Of a DNA stretch of 64,000 nt, positions 12,330 through 23,583 are shown in pieces. The notes under the pieces were generated by a model, which was not told the origin of the DNA, searched no databases, and saw only the letters and a list, made by a program, of their open reading frames with translations. Within the stretch, counting starts at the first letter, position 1. Each line of letters begins with the position of its first letter. This DNA comes from Trichoplax sp. H2 (Eukaryota), in assembly GCA_003344405.1 (NCBI GenBank), contig NOWV01000134.1:62001-126000 (forward strand), written 5' to 3'. Both the position numbers and the translations under genes were made by a program.

Positions 12330-13425
12330 CTCAGAGAAGAGGGACTAACCGTTAAACCAGAAAAATGCAGATTCGGATATAGCTCAGTAAAGTATCTAGG
12401 TTATGAAATTGGTGCAGGCTTACTGAAGCCCAACGAATTAAAGGTTAAAAAGATTCAAGATTTTGAAACTCCAAAGACGAAATCAGATATTCGTACATTT
12501 TTAGGCCTTACCGGCTACTATAGAAAATTTATATGTAATTACGCGGAATTAGCTATGCCTTTAACAGATTTGCTCAGGAAGAAGTCTCCGGATCCGGTCT
12601 CTTGGAATCAAAACTGTGACGAAGCATTTTGTAGATTAAAAAATAGTTTAACTAAGTCACCTGTTCTAAAAATTGTTGACCCAACGTTACCATATACACT
12701 ACAAACTGATGCATGTAATAGAGGTATTGGAGCTATTCTTAGTCAAACTGATAGTAATGATGATGAACATCCAATTGCCTTCATTTCACGAAAATTGTTA
12801 AAGCACGAGATTGCGTACAGCACAATCGAAAAAGAATGTCTTGCTATTGTCTGGGCATTAAAGATATTTAAACCTTATGTAGATGGTGCTCAAATCACCC
12901 TATTTACAGATCATCAACCGCTAATGTGGTTATATCGTATGAGAGACCATAATGTTAGATTGTTAAGATGGGCTTTGACAATAATGAGTTATAATATCAC
13001 TGTTCACTATCGACGAGGTCGATGTAATTCTAATGCTGATACCATGTCAAGATATGTGTAATTATATAGATGTTAAACTGATGATTGTTCCTATTATCGT
13101 TATTTGTTATGGTTGTCAGGCTAAGGAAGTTAAATGACGATTATAAGATGTTATGATAAGTTTAAACAAACGGTAGGGGAATGTTACGTACAGGTACAGT
13201 AGCATTAGCAAAACTGAAATGTTGTAGTGTACGGTAGAGATGTACCTCGGTATCAGCTATTGTAATACATTGTACGCGCCTAGGTAAAGGTATAAATACA
13301 GCGGCAACGCTGAGTTGCGGGGATTCTCGGTTAACATAAGTGTTAGCATGCCAAGGCTGATTAAATAAAATATAATTTTACCCTTAGACCCAGGTGTACT
13401 ATCCTATGTTACTAGAAACGTAACA
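12330..13425 (+). mobile_element. 5'-truncated LTR retrotransposon: RT C-terminus + RNase H, PPT and 3' LTR (Gmr1-like layout)
   Basis: Frame open from ~12330 (LREEGLTVKPEKCRFGYSSVKYLG...FLGLTGYYRKF...TDAC...EKECLAIVWAL...TDHQPL...NADTMSR) to stop at 13061. Purine tract ggtagggga ends at 13180 and the LTR follows. No YxDD, gag or integrase is present. Confidence 0.9.
13182..13425 (+). repeat. 3' LTR (244 bp)
   Basis: TG...CA ends with an 8-bp terminal inverted repeat (TGTTACGT / ACGTAACA), immediately after the PPT. TATAAA at 13291 and AATAAA at 13364. Confidence 0.85.
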
Positions 13426-13449
13426 GTAGTAATATTTTATATCGTTCTA

Positions 13450-13730
13450 ATTAAAACAATTCTTGTTCATACTGCTTACAGAGAGTATAAATTAATTGTT
13501 CGCAAAACTTTGCTACTCTAGCAGACTTTTACCAATCCATATCTAATAGTTCGTCATTACTCTATTCTATCTTACAGTATGTGAATTTATAGTAGCAAGA
13601 TTTTATATCGTTCTTTATACACATGCATAAAATGATGCAAAATTACAAGGAACCATGTGATAACTAATTAATTCATCATCATGGCATTTACCTCATGTAT
13701 GCTAATTACCATAATCTTACTGTACAGTAT
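13450..13730 (+). repeat. Diverged ~290-bp direct repeat, copy B
   Basis: Homologous to 11310-11600 and lies upstream of P450 copy 4. Confidence 0.8.
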
Positions 13731-14298
13731 ACTTAGAGTAGTAGCATAGTCAGTACATCAATCAAGTCTAGTACTAATTTATTATGATAGGTTAAGCTAA
13801 CGAAATGTTGCAACTCTATTATAATACGTTGTCATTGATCAGTCTGATGAAATACAGTACGTTGATTTACATTAGGATTCCTGTATATAAGGCCGTTAAA
13901 TGTGTAGGCTCTTATACTTGATAATTCTTCGCTTTTAGACTGCAATAATTAATTAGTTAATTGATCAGCTACGGTATATCCTAATACAGTATCAACTGTG
14001 CCAGTAAAGAATTCAAATACTGTAGATTGATTGTAGAGTAGAGTACAGTACTGTACATTAACGTACAGGCAAAGCTAAATTTAGTAGGCTCGTGCAACAA
14101 ATTTTACTGGTAAAATTGAAGCTAATATCGCTGGTAAAATTTCTGGTCCACTAAGTTATTTTTAGGGGGACTGGATATTACGACTACTTTTTAAAAGCCT
14201 TGCATAAGTTCTATCATCTTCAAAAGGGATTCTAGGAAGACTTGAAATAACGATACCATAATCCTGTCTAGCATTTTTCAACTAGAACTATTTAAATA

Positions 14299-15810
14299 AT
14301 GGCTTGGTATGAGACAATTCTACCATCATGGCGGTCGCCATCGACGTTGACACAGTCGATTTTAATATCTATCTTAGGATTAGTTGCTTATTTCTCGTAT
14401 AAAATCTATTTTATTCCTAAGCGTTCACTTAAACGCTTGGGAATAAAACATCCATCTCGTTCTACGCCATTGTTTGGTAATCTTCTGGACTATGGTGCTA
14501 CAAGCGCTCATATAGCTCAAATGGAATGGCAAAAGCAATTCGGTAATGTCTACGCAACACTTTTCTTCCATGTTCCAACGATTTGGGTGGGCGATCCTGA
14601 AGTGCTGAAATCTGTTTTAGTCAAAGATTTTAGCAATTTTGCTAATCGTAAGCAATTATCCAAGTCGCCACGTCCATTTAACACCACATTATTAGAGTTA
14701 AGAGACATGAATTGGAAACGTGTTCGCAATATTTTGGTACCGGCATTTAGTGCTTCCAAGTTAAAAGCGGTTATTCCTATTATTCAACAAGGGAGCGATG
14801 AATTTGTTGAAAAATTACTCCTATCCGAAGAGAGCAATCAAAAATTGGATATCTGGCATACGAGTGGCCAGTTTAGTATGAAAATTATTCTTGCAGCTGG
14901 TTTTGGTATCGAATTTGAATCACATGAACAAGAAGAACGTTTAATAGCTGCTGCTGGAGCATTGTTTCGTGATTTTACTGGACCATCCCAATTGCTTGTA
15001 GTACTTTCTCCAACTTTATTCGATCGTCTCGAACCTTTAATAGGCAATGTTGTCAATTCAATCAAGTATATTACTCGTATAACTGAAAATGTTATTCAAC
15101 AACGTCGACAGAATCTACAAAATGGTATAAAATGTCGGAAAGACATTATGCAACAAATGATTGAAGCAGGCGAAGATGATAAATTGAACGATGAAGAAAT
15201 TATTGGACAAGCATTTCTGTTTCTGATTGCTGGCTATGAAACTACGCAGAATACATTAGCTTTTGCTTGTTATTCACTTGCTACTAATCCCGATGTTCAA
15301 CAAAAATTGATTGATGAGATCGATAGTAAATGCCCTGATCCAAATGATTTGAATTATGATGTCATTGGCGAATTGCCTTACTTAGAAATGGTCGTTGAAG
15401 AAACATTACGAATGTATCCTCCAACTTATTTTGTCAATCGCGATGTTAAATCTAACATCACCGTTAAAGGTTTCCACATTCCAAAAGATACTATGATAGG
15501 ACTTCCGATTTATGGCATACATCACAACTCGGAGTTTTGGCCTAATCATGAACAGTTTATACCTGAACGTTTTACTCCTGAAGAGAAAGCGAAAAGAAAC
15601 CCTTATAGTTATATTCCTTTTGGCGGTGGTCCACGAAATTGTATTGGCATGAGACTAGCATTATTAGAGATCAAATTAGCTTTAGTTAAAATAATTCAAA
15701 ATGTTGAATTTTATGCTACTAAGGAAACGGAAATACCTCTACAATTAAAGACCGGCGCATCATTATGTCCTGCTAACGGGATTTACTTAGGCATTCGTAG
15801 GAGACATTAG
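14299..15810 (+). CDS. Cytochrome P450, clan 3-like, intronless (copy 4)
   Basis: 503-aa ORF with WKRVR, AGYETT, ETLR, PERF, FGGGPRNCIG. Confidence 0.97.
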   Translation: MAWYETILPSWRSPSTLTQSILISILGLVAYFSYKIYFIPKRSLKRLGIKHPSRSTPLFGNLLDYGATSAHIAQMEWQKQFGNVYATLFFHVPTIWVGDPEVLKSVLVKDFSNFANRKQLSKSPRPFNTTLLELRDMNWKRVRNILVPAFSASKLKAVIPIIQQGSDEFVEKLLLSEESNQKLDIWHTSGQFSMKIILAAGFGIEFESHEQEERLIAAAGALFRDFTGPSQLLVVLSPTLFDRLEPLIGNVVNSIKYITRITENVIQQRRQNLQNGIKCRKDIMQQMIEAGEDDKLNDEEIIGQAFLFLIAGYETTQNTLAFACYSLATNPDVQQKLIDEIDSKCPDPNDLNYDVIGELPYLEMVVEETLRMYPPTYFVNRDVKSNITVKGFHIPKDTMIGLPIYGIHHNSEFWPNHEQFIPERFTPEEKAKRNPYSYIPFGGGPRNCIGMRLALLEIKLALVKIIQNVEFYATKETEIPLQLKTGASLCPANGIYLGIRRRH

Positions 15811-17624
15811 AAATAAAACTGCTTTTTAGCTGTGTCCCAGCGATTGCAAGAATATTACGTTTTGCTTTGGCATACGAACTTGAAATGGTAGCTTGTTTAA
15901 AGTATTATACATTAATCGCTATTATCGATATCCGTTTAGCAGTGATAAAGCAGTTAGTGGTTTAAATCGATTAGGGTAGGTTAGAATTATGTTGCAGCCA
16001 ACATCATGCAGTGATTAACAAACATATGTCCTAATTTTACTAGAATATTGCTTTAAATTATAAATTAATTGTCTGCAAAGATATTACGTGAGTTGTGTTA
16101 CGTATGATAGTAGGCAATATCTTGGCATTAATGCAACATACCAAAGAAGCATATTATCAACTATAGTACACTATAAGTAGATGACCAACTAAACGTTCTA
16201 CTCGTATAGCAGTTACCGGCAATTTCTCATTCTTATCTAATTTTCAATTTAGCAAAACCATTGCGACTAGCTTAAATTTCCTGAAAGCTATAGGATATCT
16301 CAAAATTGCTGAATTTATCATAGATTTTATAATTTGGGCTGGCATCATCAAAATACAAAACATATTACAGCATAACTCATCGCCGTATTCTGTGTACTTT
16401 CGCTAACTTCTATAGGAATTAGTAGATTACTACAATACATGCAGTAATTGTTATATTGGATACAATCATCTATCTTGTAGGATAAAAGTTTTTATTTCAA
16501 TCGTTATAATTGTGGTAGTCATTTAAATGCTTACAAGATGAATTCTGCAAAAGATTAGTAAACATTCAGTTAGGCTTGTTGCCGATTGCTGGGGTTCGAT
16601 GTCTATCCTGTATTTCTTGTTTATGTAATACTAAATGCTATCATAGGTGATCTCAATGACGTAAATTTTCCATCTATTTGTAAGTTTTGAGGACAAGATT
16701 TGTGATATTATGTTTCTACTGAATACAGCTCCATCTTTTGATAACGGACAACCTAAGAGATTACTGTATATCTATCTAGTTATTTCTATGCCTCTATCAA
16801 ATGTCTATCGCATTGTTGCAAGCCGCTTGATGTACTAAGGTGAAACGTTAGATTCCTAAAACTATTGAGATATCAAAGCTTAAATTGAATATCGGTAGAA
16901 AATTTAGAAAATTTGAATAGTTTTAGAATCAACTATAAAATTATAAGCCTCTTTCATTTATTTTATAAAATACCAAGATATTAATATGTTTGATTTCTTC
17001 TATTGGATTCAAAATAAAACATATCAACTGTCTCTTGAAGGATATTGATCTAAATCGCTGATAAAATTTTCTGGCACCAATATTGGCAATGTTTGATTTG
17101 CTATCATTATTCTTATTTCGCATTTACCATGTTTTTAAAATCTGGTAGGACCTTTTAATTTCATTTTAACTCTGCTACTAGGCTTTACTGATCTTGATTG
17201 CTACAATAAACAGTTGCACTGCATATTATTTATATGAAGTTCGTCTAGCAAATAGCAGAAAATAGTAAGCACTACCCAGGCAGCTATACATGCACATAAA
17301 GTTACGCATTTCGCTGATAATTCTAAGTTTAATAGTTTAGTAACTACTATTGGAGAATCTGTAGTTCTACAACGGAATAGAATCAAGCTGCAATTTATGC
17401 TAATAACTACTAGTAAGAGAAATGAAGTAGTAATTTTAAAAGTGCAATTCAATATTCAAACTCATTAGGTACATTAAATGGATAGTAATAGTATTCGATA
17501 TAAGCTACTAAACCATATTAACAAACAATGTTTATCATTCATGCTTTCTAACATTATTTACGGCAGCCACTATCAATGTAATGTAGCGCAAATATGTTTA
17601 CTTCTAATGCCAAAGGTAAATGCA

Positions 17625-17893
17625 AAGACTACTACTATAATACTGACTTTGTTAAGTTAGAAAGCATGAAAACGTCATCATTAATAAACAATTTATGTTA
17701 CAGCGCTACTACTACTACAGCGACTACTACCGTACTGTAATGCTAATCTTCTTAAGTTAGAAAGCATGTAACATGATATCATTCAAGGTTTATGTTACAG
17801 CGCTACTACTACAGCGACTACTATTGTAATGCTAATCTTCTTAACTTAGAAAATATGAAATATTACATCATTAATAATTAATTATGTTACAGT
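17625..17893. repeat. Degenerate tandem repeat, ~90-100 bp x ~3, upstream of P450 copy 5
   Basis: Recurring blocks actact...taatgctaatcttcttaagttagaaagcatg...tcatt...ttatgttacag. Confidence 0.85.
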
Positions 17894-18062
17894 GTGATGG
17901 ACGTTATGGCATCTACTCGGCATCCTGTATACTTTTTAAAATAGTTATCATACCTCATTTTGTTGACTGTAGGTGTCATAATTGTGATATTATAATTTTG
18001 ATATTTCGATAACAGCAAGAATTATTAGGAAAATTGAACCATTTTCAAGCAAGGCAACGGCA

Positions 18063-19562
18063 ATGGACGACACCATCATAACATTATTCATCCCCAGAAC
18101 GCTAAGTCAGTGCATCATAACAGCATGTTTCGGGTTTGTCATCTATTTAATTTATAGATTTCTTATTGCTCCTTACCTGAACATAAAAAAGCTAGGACTA
18201 CCATTTCCCCGTCCTAGGCCAATGGTGGGTAATCTTTTCGATTTTGGCCCTGGTAATCAACATGTTGCTCAGATGGAATGGGGTAAACGGTACGGAAGGG
18301 TTTACGCTTCCTTATTTTTTCAAATCCCAACTATTTGGATAGGCGATCCTGATATGATCAAATCCATCATGGTGAAAGAATTCTCAAACTTTACCAATCG
18401 ATTTCCAGTGACTAAAACATTACATCCTTTTGATAAGTCTATTCTGGAATTAAAAGATCAAGATTGGAAACGTATGAGAAATATATTAATTCCTACATTT
18501 ACAACCTCAAAACTAAAATTAATACTACCATTTATATCGGAAGCTAGCGATATCCTCATTGATACACTAATTACAGCTGATGAAGAGGGTAAAATCATTG
18601 ATTTATGGCAGGCATCCGGTCATTATACTATGAAAGTTATCCTTGCAACTTCCTTTGGTATTCAGATTGAATCGGAAAAGCAGGAAGAAAAGCTAATGAA
18701 CGCAGCTGGGGCACTCTTTCGATCTGATCCTGGCATATTACAAGTTCTCATGATTATTTCCCCTCGAGTATTCTCTGCTTTAGAACCCAAATTCGGCGGA
18801 CCTCTAGTATCTTCCATAAACTATATTATTCACTTAACTAAACAAGTTATCAACGAGCGAAGGAGGAATATCCACGCTGGCGTAACATGCCGTCGCGACT
18901 TAATACAGCAAATGATAGAAGCTGGTGACAATGATAAATTAAATGATGATGAGATTATAGCTCAGGCATTTATTTTTCTTACAGCCGGTTATGAAACCAC
19001 TCAAAATACTTTGGCATTTGCTTGCTATTTATTGGGTACAAATCCTAGAGTGCAGCAGAAGTTAATAGATGAAATCGATTCCAAATGTCCTGATGTAAAT
19101 TCGGTTAGCTACGATATTATAACTAATCTACCTTACTTAGAAATGATTGTCTCTGAAACATTAAGATTGTATCCTCCAGCACATTTCATTAATCGAGACG
19201 TTAAACAAGATACAACAATTAAAGGTGTTCACATTCCTAAAGGGGTTATGATTGGTTTCCCAGTATATTCCATCCATCATGATCCCCAATTTTGGTCTAA
19301 TCCGGACGATTTTATTCCTGAGAGATTTATGCCTGAAGAGAAAGTAAAACTTGTACCTTACAGCTATATTCCTTTCGGTGGTGGGCCTCGTAATTGCATT
19401 GGAATGCGTTTAGCATTACTAGAGGTCAAATTAGCCTTAGTAAAATTAATGCAAAAGGTTAAATTCACAACAGTTAAAGAGACCGAAATTCCGCTTAAAT
19501 TAAAGGGGTTGTCATCACTTTCTCCACTTAATGGTATTCGTTTAGGCATCGACCGTCGATAG
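18063..19562 (+). CDS. Cytochrome P450, clan 3-like, intronless (copy 5)
   Basis: 499-aa ORF with WKRMR, AGYETT, ETLR, PERF, FGGGPRNCIG. Confidence 0.97.
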   Translation: MDDTIITLFIPRTLSQCIITACFGFVIYLIYRFLIAPYLNIKKLGLPFPRPRPMVGNLFDFGPGNQHVAQMEWGKRYGRVYASLFFQIPTIWIGDPDMIKSIMVKEFSNFTNRFPVTKTLHPFDKSILELKDQDWKRMRNILIPTFTTSKLKLILPFISEASDILIDTLITADEEGKIIDLWQASGHYTMKVILATSFGIQIESEKQEEKLMNAAGALFRSDPGILQVLMIISPRVFSALEPKFGGPLVSSINYIIHLTKQVINERRRNIHAGVTCRRDLIQQMIEAGDNDKLNDDEIIAQAFIFLTAGYETTQNTLAFACYLLGTNPRVQQKLIDEIDSKCPDVNSVSYDIITNLPYLEMIVSETLRLYPPAHFINRDVKQDTTIKGVHIPKGVMIGFPVYSIHHDPQFWSNPDDFIPERFMPEEKVKLVPYSYIPFGGGPRNCIGMRLALLEVKLALVKLMQKVKFTTVKETEIPLKLKGLSSLSPLNGIRLGIDRR

Positions 19563-20839
19563 CTAATTGATCGGTCTGAAGCTGTGAAGCCTATTAAAGA
19601 CGAAGTCATTGCGATAATTTGGAACTACATGCTTAATTTTCAACAGTAATACTGTACGAAAGAGCATTCCTACTTAAATTGTATCGCTTTTGCTAAAGCG
19701 ATTTTGATACATTGTTGGGATGCCAAATCTACGAATATAATGCTTTCAGATCTTATATTATTTTCCTTTCGTGAATCAGCAACAAGTGATGATAGTTTAA
19801 AACATATCAGTATATATTCGCATTTTGAATATATACAACTGTTCTGAACCTACAATTGTCTATAAGCAATTCTGTAGTCAGCTGGTAATCAAGAAAGTAT
19901 TGACATCATGAATAAGTATACCATTTCTTAAAGGTAGATTGATAGCCTATTAAAGATTTCAAATCTTTATTCTTTTTTGCAGCCCTTCCAAAGCTTACTC
20001 CTGAAATAAAATATAAATTTTCAAAGACTTTAATTAAAATCGTAAAAAAACAGTATGAAAATTTTTCTACTGTTAAATCCCTTCATTTAATTTATTAATT
20101 TTTCAGCAAGATCTATCTATGTGTACTATGCATTTATTTATAATTACAACGTAGCACTATGATAATATTAAGACTTTGCGCAATAAGATAACATAAAATT
20201 GTATAGCTTGATGTGTGCTTACACATAAACTTATATTAAGATTTTTACTCAACCCATATTTGAGAGTTAATCAGTACTTAGATGCTTGATCTGATCAATA
20301 AAGTTTTTTTCCGAGTATCTCAACCTAGAAGTGATTATTGTCTTGTGCGCATATATAATAGTAATATATTAATCAATTTATTCTTGTTAATATCACTTCT
20401 ATTACGATCATTAAATTGTTAATAAGTTCCTGTTCGTATTTTATACTGATAACTATAATCATATCATAAGCGCAGATGCTGATCGATTTGCAATAAATTG
20501 CTATATTAAGCGAGTACTAGTTTAGCAGGAGGAGCATCATCTAGTGTAATGTAGTAAATTATTGATCTTGTGTTAATGGAATGCATTACAAAATGTAGTA
20601 AGATTGGAACGTAATATAATGAACTTAAACGTAACAGCGTTAGACAAGCGATATTGAAGAAGTTGTGTGTTGCCGTACGCAAGTGGTTGATCGGATGTGC
20701 CCCTCCAATTCTGGATAGCGTTGATAACAGAGCTACCTTAGGTAGGCAAAATAGCGCTTACGTCCATTTCAATCCTATACTAACTATAAGTATACCAAAA
20801 TATTTTACAATATAAATCATCGATGAAGTACATTTTGTA

Positions 20840-21600
20840 ATGACTTTACTAGCTTAATTTGGATTATTTTGCAACCATTGACGCTGAAACAATGTCATGC
20901 AACTCAACCGAATGTACTCTTTACTTAACGTTGCTGACAATAACAGTATTTGTAAAATAAAATCTAAGCAAAGATCTGTTAGGTTTGAATTGACTCACTC
21001 ACTCACTAGCAGATTAGTATTTCGTTCATAACAAAAAAGAATCAGTAACAGCGTAAATCAAATTTATGAATTATCAGAAATGGTAGCATGAATTTAAGTA
21101 TTTTTTGATCAGTTTAAGAGTATATAGGTGTGCATACTCGTATTATAATAATTTTGCTAGCTTAGCTTGGGTTATTTTATATCAACCGATTATAAAACAA
21201 GGTCATATATCTCAACCGAATACATTCTTCACTTGATGTAGCTATATAAACAGTTTCTCTAAAACAAAATCTGAGCACACATCTATTAGATTTGAATTTA
21301 CTTGCTCACTAGCAGATTAGGATTTCTTTCATAAACAAGAACGATCACTAGCAGCGTGAATCAAATTTATTAACTATCAGAAACCTTAGATAGAGTATCA
21401 TTTGAGCAGTTTAAGAGTTTCTAAGTGAAGCATATCTTATAATAATTTTACTAGCTCAGTTTGGATTATTTATAGAAAATGATGTTGCAGTAAGGTCATG
21501 CAATGCAACCGAATATGTTCTTCACCTGATGTAGCTATCAGCAATAATTTCTCTAAAACGAAATCAGAGTAAAGAAAGATCTGATAGGCTTAAATTTCTT
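20840..21600. repeat. Degenerate tandem repeat, ~300 bp x ~2.5, upstream of P450 copy 6
   Basis: Blocks ctagct..tttggattattt, caaccgaat, ctcactagcagattag, aatcaaatttat and cagtttaagagt recur with units starting ~20840, ~21145 and ~21440. Confidence 0.85.
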
Positions 21601-22068
21601 AGCTAACCGGATGAAAATTGTATCAATCTAAGATTAATCATCTAACGTACGGCATTCTGTTCTGTAAATACTATAATTGTAATGATTAGCTAAATAACAA
21701 TTGATTACATGCATTGACATCATTTATTCAATAGAGCCTTACAATACATCAATACGTCAATGAGAATAGCATTGTTCTCACTTTTGTCTTCTTATTAGTA
21801 TTATGACGTAGATTGATTAAGTAATAAGATTATTTCCTGAAGGGAAATTTATCATGATTACTATTGGATTCTAGCCAGTGATGTACAAGTGTTAATAGGG
21901 TAACTTTTTGGCTACTATTTAAGTTGTTGCTCATGTCATTAGCATTTATAACGTTCCACTAATGTACTGATAAAGTGGGAAGCTTGCAATTTCGTCTGTG
22001 CTTCATGAACTATTCATCGCATCAGTTGTGATACAATAACAGAAGCTAGTAAGAAATTGTTGGCAGCA

Positions 22069-23583
22069 ATGGCTGAAGGCATTGGATCGGTATTAATGTC
22101 GTGGGTACAATCGCAATCATCGACAACATTGTTGTTTATGGTGGTGATTTGCGGTTTTATAACACTACTTGTTAAAGATTACGTTATTCCTTACAGAACT
22201 ATTCTTGCAACCGGATTGAAGGGTCCTATACCCAAACCTTTTATTGGTAATGTCTTTGATTACGGTGGTGTTTGTCAACATAGAGGTCAACTTAAACGTC
22301 AAGAAAAATATGGGAAAATTTATACTTTACTACATTATCACATACCAACTGTGTATATAGGTGACCCGGAGATAATAAAAACGATTATGGTTAAAGAGTT
22401 TTCTAATTTTACTAATCGATTCCCTGTTAATAAAGCACATCATCCATTCGATAAAACGGTAGTAAGAGCTGATGATGACGACTGGAAACGTCTACGAACT
22501 TTATTGATACCGTCATTTAGCGCGTCAAAGCTTAAAACTAACGTTCCATTTATTAATAATTTTACCAATGATGTAATTGATAAATTCCTACAGGCTGAGC
22601 ACCAAGGTAAATCTGTCGATGTCTGGAAAATATTTGGAAATCTTAGTATGAGCACCATCATTGCTACAGTATTTGGGATTGAGTTTAAGTCCAAAAAACA
22701 TAAGGAAAAAGTAATTACAGCCGCAAGTGCCTTACTAAGAAATCAAACTAATTTGTTGCAACTTGTACTTATTTACGCGTATCTAGCCTTAGCATTGTGG
22801 GAACCAATAACTGGAGGGAAAATTATTACATCTGTATATTACTTGCGCGATACGATTGTAGGTGTTATTCAGGAACGGCGTAAAAATCTGAAACGAGGTA
22901 TTCCATGCCGCAGAGATATCTTGCAACATATGATTGAAGCAGGTGATCGGGATCGGCTTAGTAATGAAGAAATTGTAAGTCAAGCTATCATTTTCCTAGT
23001 GGCTGGTTACGAAACTACAGCAAGTACATTAGCATTTCTATGCTACACACTCGCAGTTAATCCAGACGTCCAGCAGAAACTTATACACGAAATCGATTCT
23101 AAATGTCCTGACGAAGAGACTTTAAATTATGAAACTGTTCTTGATTTGCCTTACTTAGAAATGGTTGTCAATGAAACTTTGAGACTGTATTCTCCCGCAT
23201 TCTTCATCACTAGACAAGCTAAACGTGATATTAATGTACATGAAGTGTTTATTCCGAAAAATAGTATGGTCGTTTTTCCAATATATGCAGTTCATCACAA
23301 CCCTGAATTATGGCCCGACGCTGATAAATTTATTCCTGAACGCTTTAGTTCAGAAAAGAAAGCAAGGCGTCACCCATACAGCTATATCCCATTTGGTGGA
23401 GGTCCACGAATTTGCATTGGCATGAAATTGGCTCTGTTGGAAGTAAAGCTAGCGTTAGTGAAAATTTTGCATCGTGTTGAATTTGTGACCTGTAAGGAGA
23501 CTAAAATACCTTTAAAGTTAAGAACTGGTTCAACAGCGTCGCCGGAGAGCAGTGTGTATTTAAAAACTAGGAGAAGGCATTAA
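22069..23583 (+). CDS. Cytochrome P450, clan 3-like, intronless (copy 6)
   Basis: ORF from 22057 (TTG), first ATG at 22069. WKRLR, AGYETT, ETLR, PERF, FGGGPRICIG. Confidence 0.96.
   Translation: MAEGIGSVLMSWVQSQSSTTLLFMVVICGFITLLVKDYVIPYRTILATGLKGPIPKPFIGNVFDYGGVCQHRGQLKRQEKYGKIYTLLHYHIPTVYIGDPEIIKTIMVKEFSNFTNRFPVNKAHHPFDKTVVRADDDDWKRLRTLLIPSFSASKLKTNVPFINNFTNDVIDKFLQAEHQGKSVDVWKIFGNLSMSTIIATVFGIEFKSKKHKEKVITAASALLRNQTNLLQLVLIYAYLALALWEPITGGKIITSVYYLRDTIVGVIQERRKNLKRGIPCRRDILQHMIEAGDRDRLSNEEIVSQAIIFLVAGYETTASTLAFLCYTLAVNPDVQQKLIHEIDSKCPDEETLNYETVLDLPYLEMVVNETLRLYSPAFFITRQAKRDINVHEVFIPKNSMVVFPIYAVHHNPELWPDADKFIPERFSSEKKARRHPYSYIPFGGGPRICIGMKLALLEVKLALVKILHRVEFVTCKETKIPLKLRTGSTASPESSVYLKTRRRH

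Noticed and set aside
16550..17460. Minus-strand ORFs 16941-17123 and 17201-17452 as a gene
   Set aside because: No recognisable motifs or consistent splice pattern, and the other frames are full of stops.
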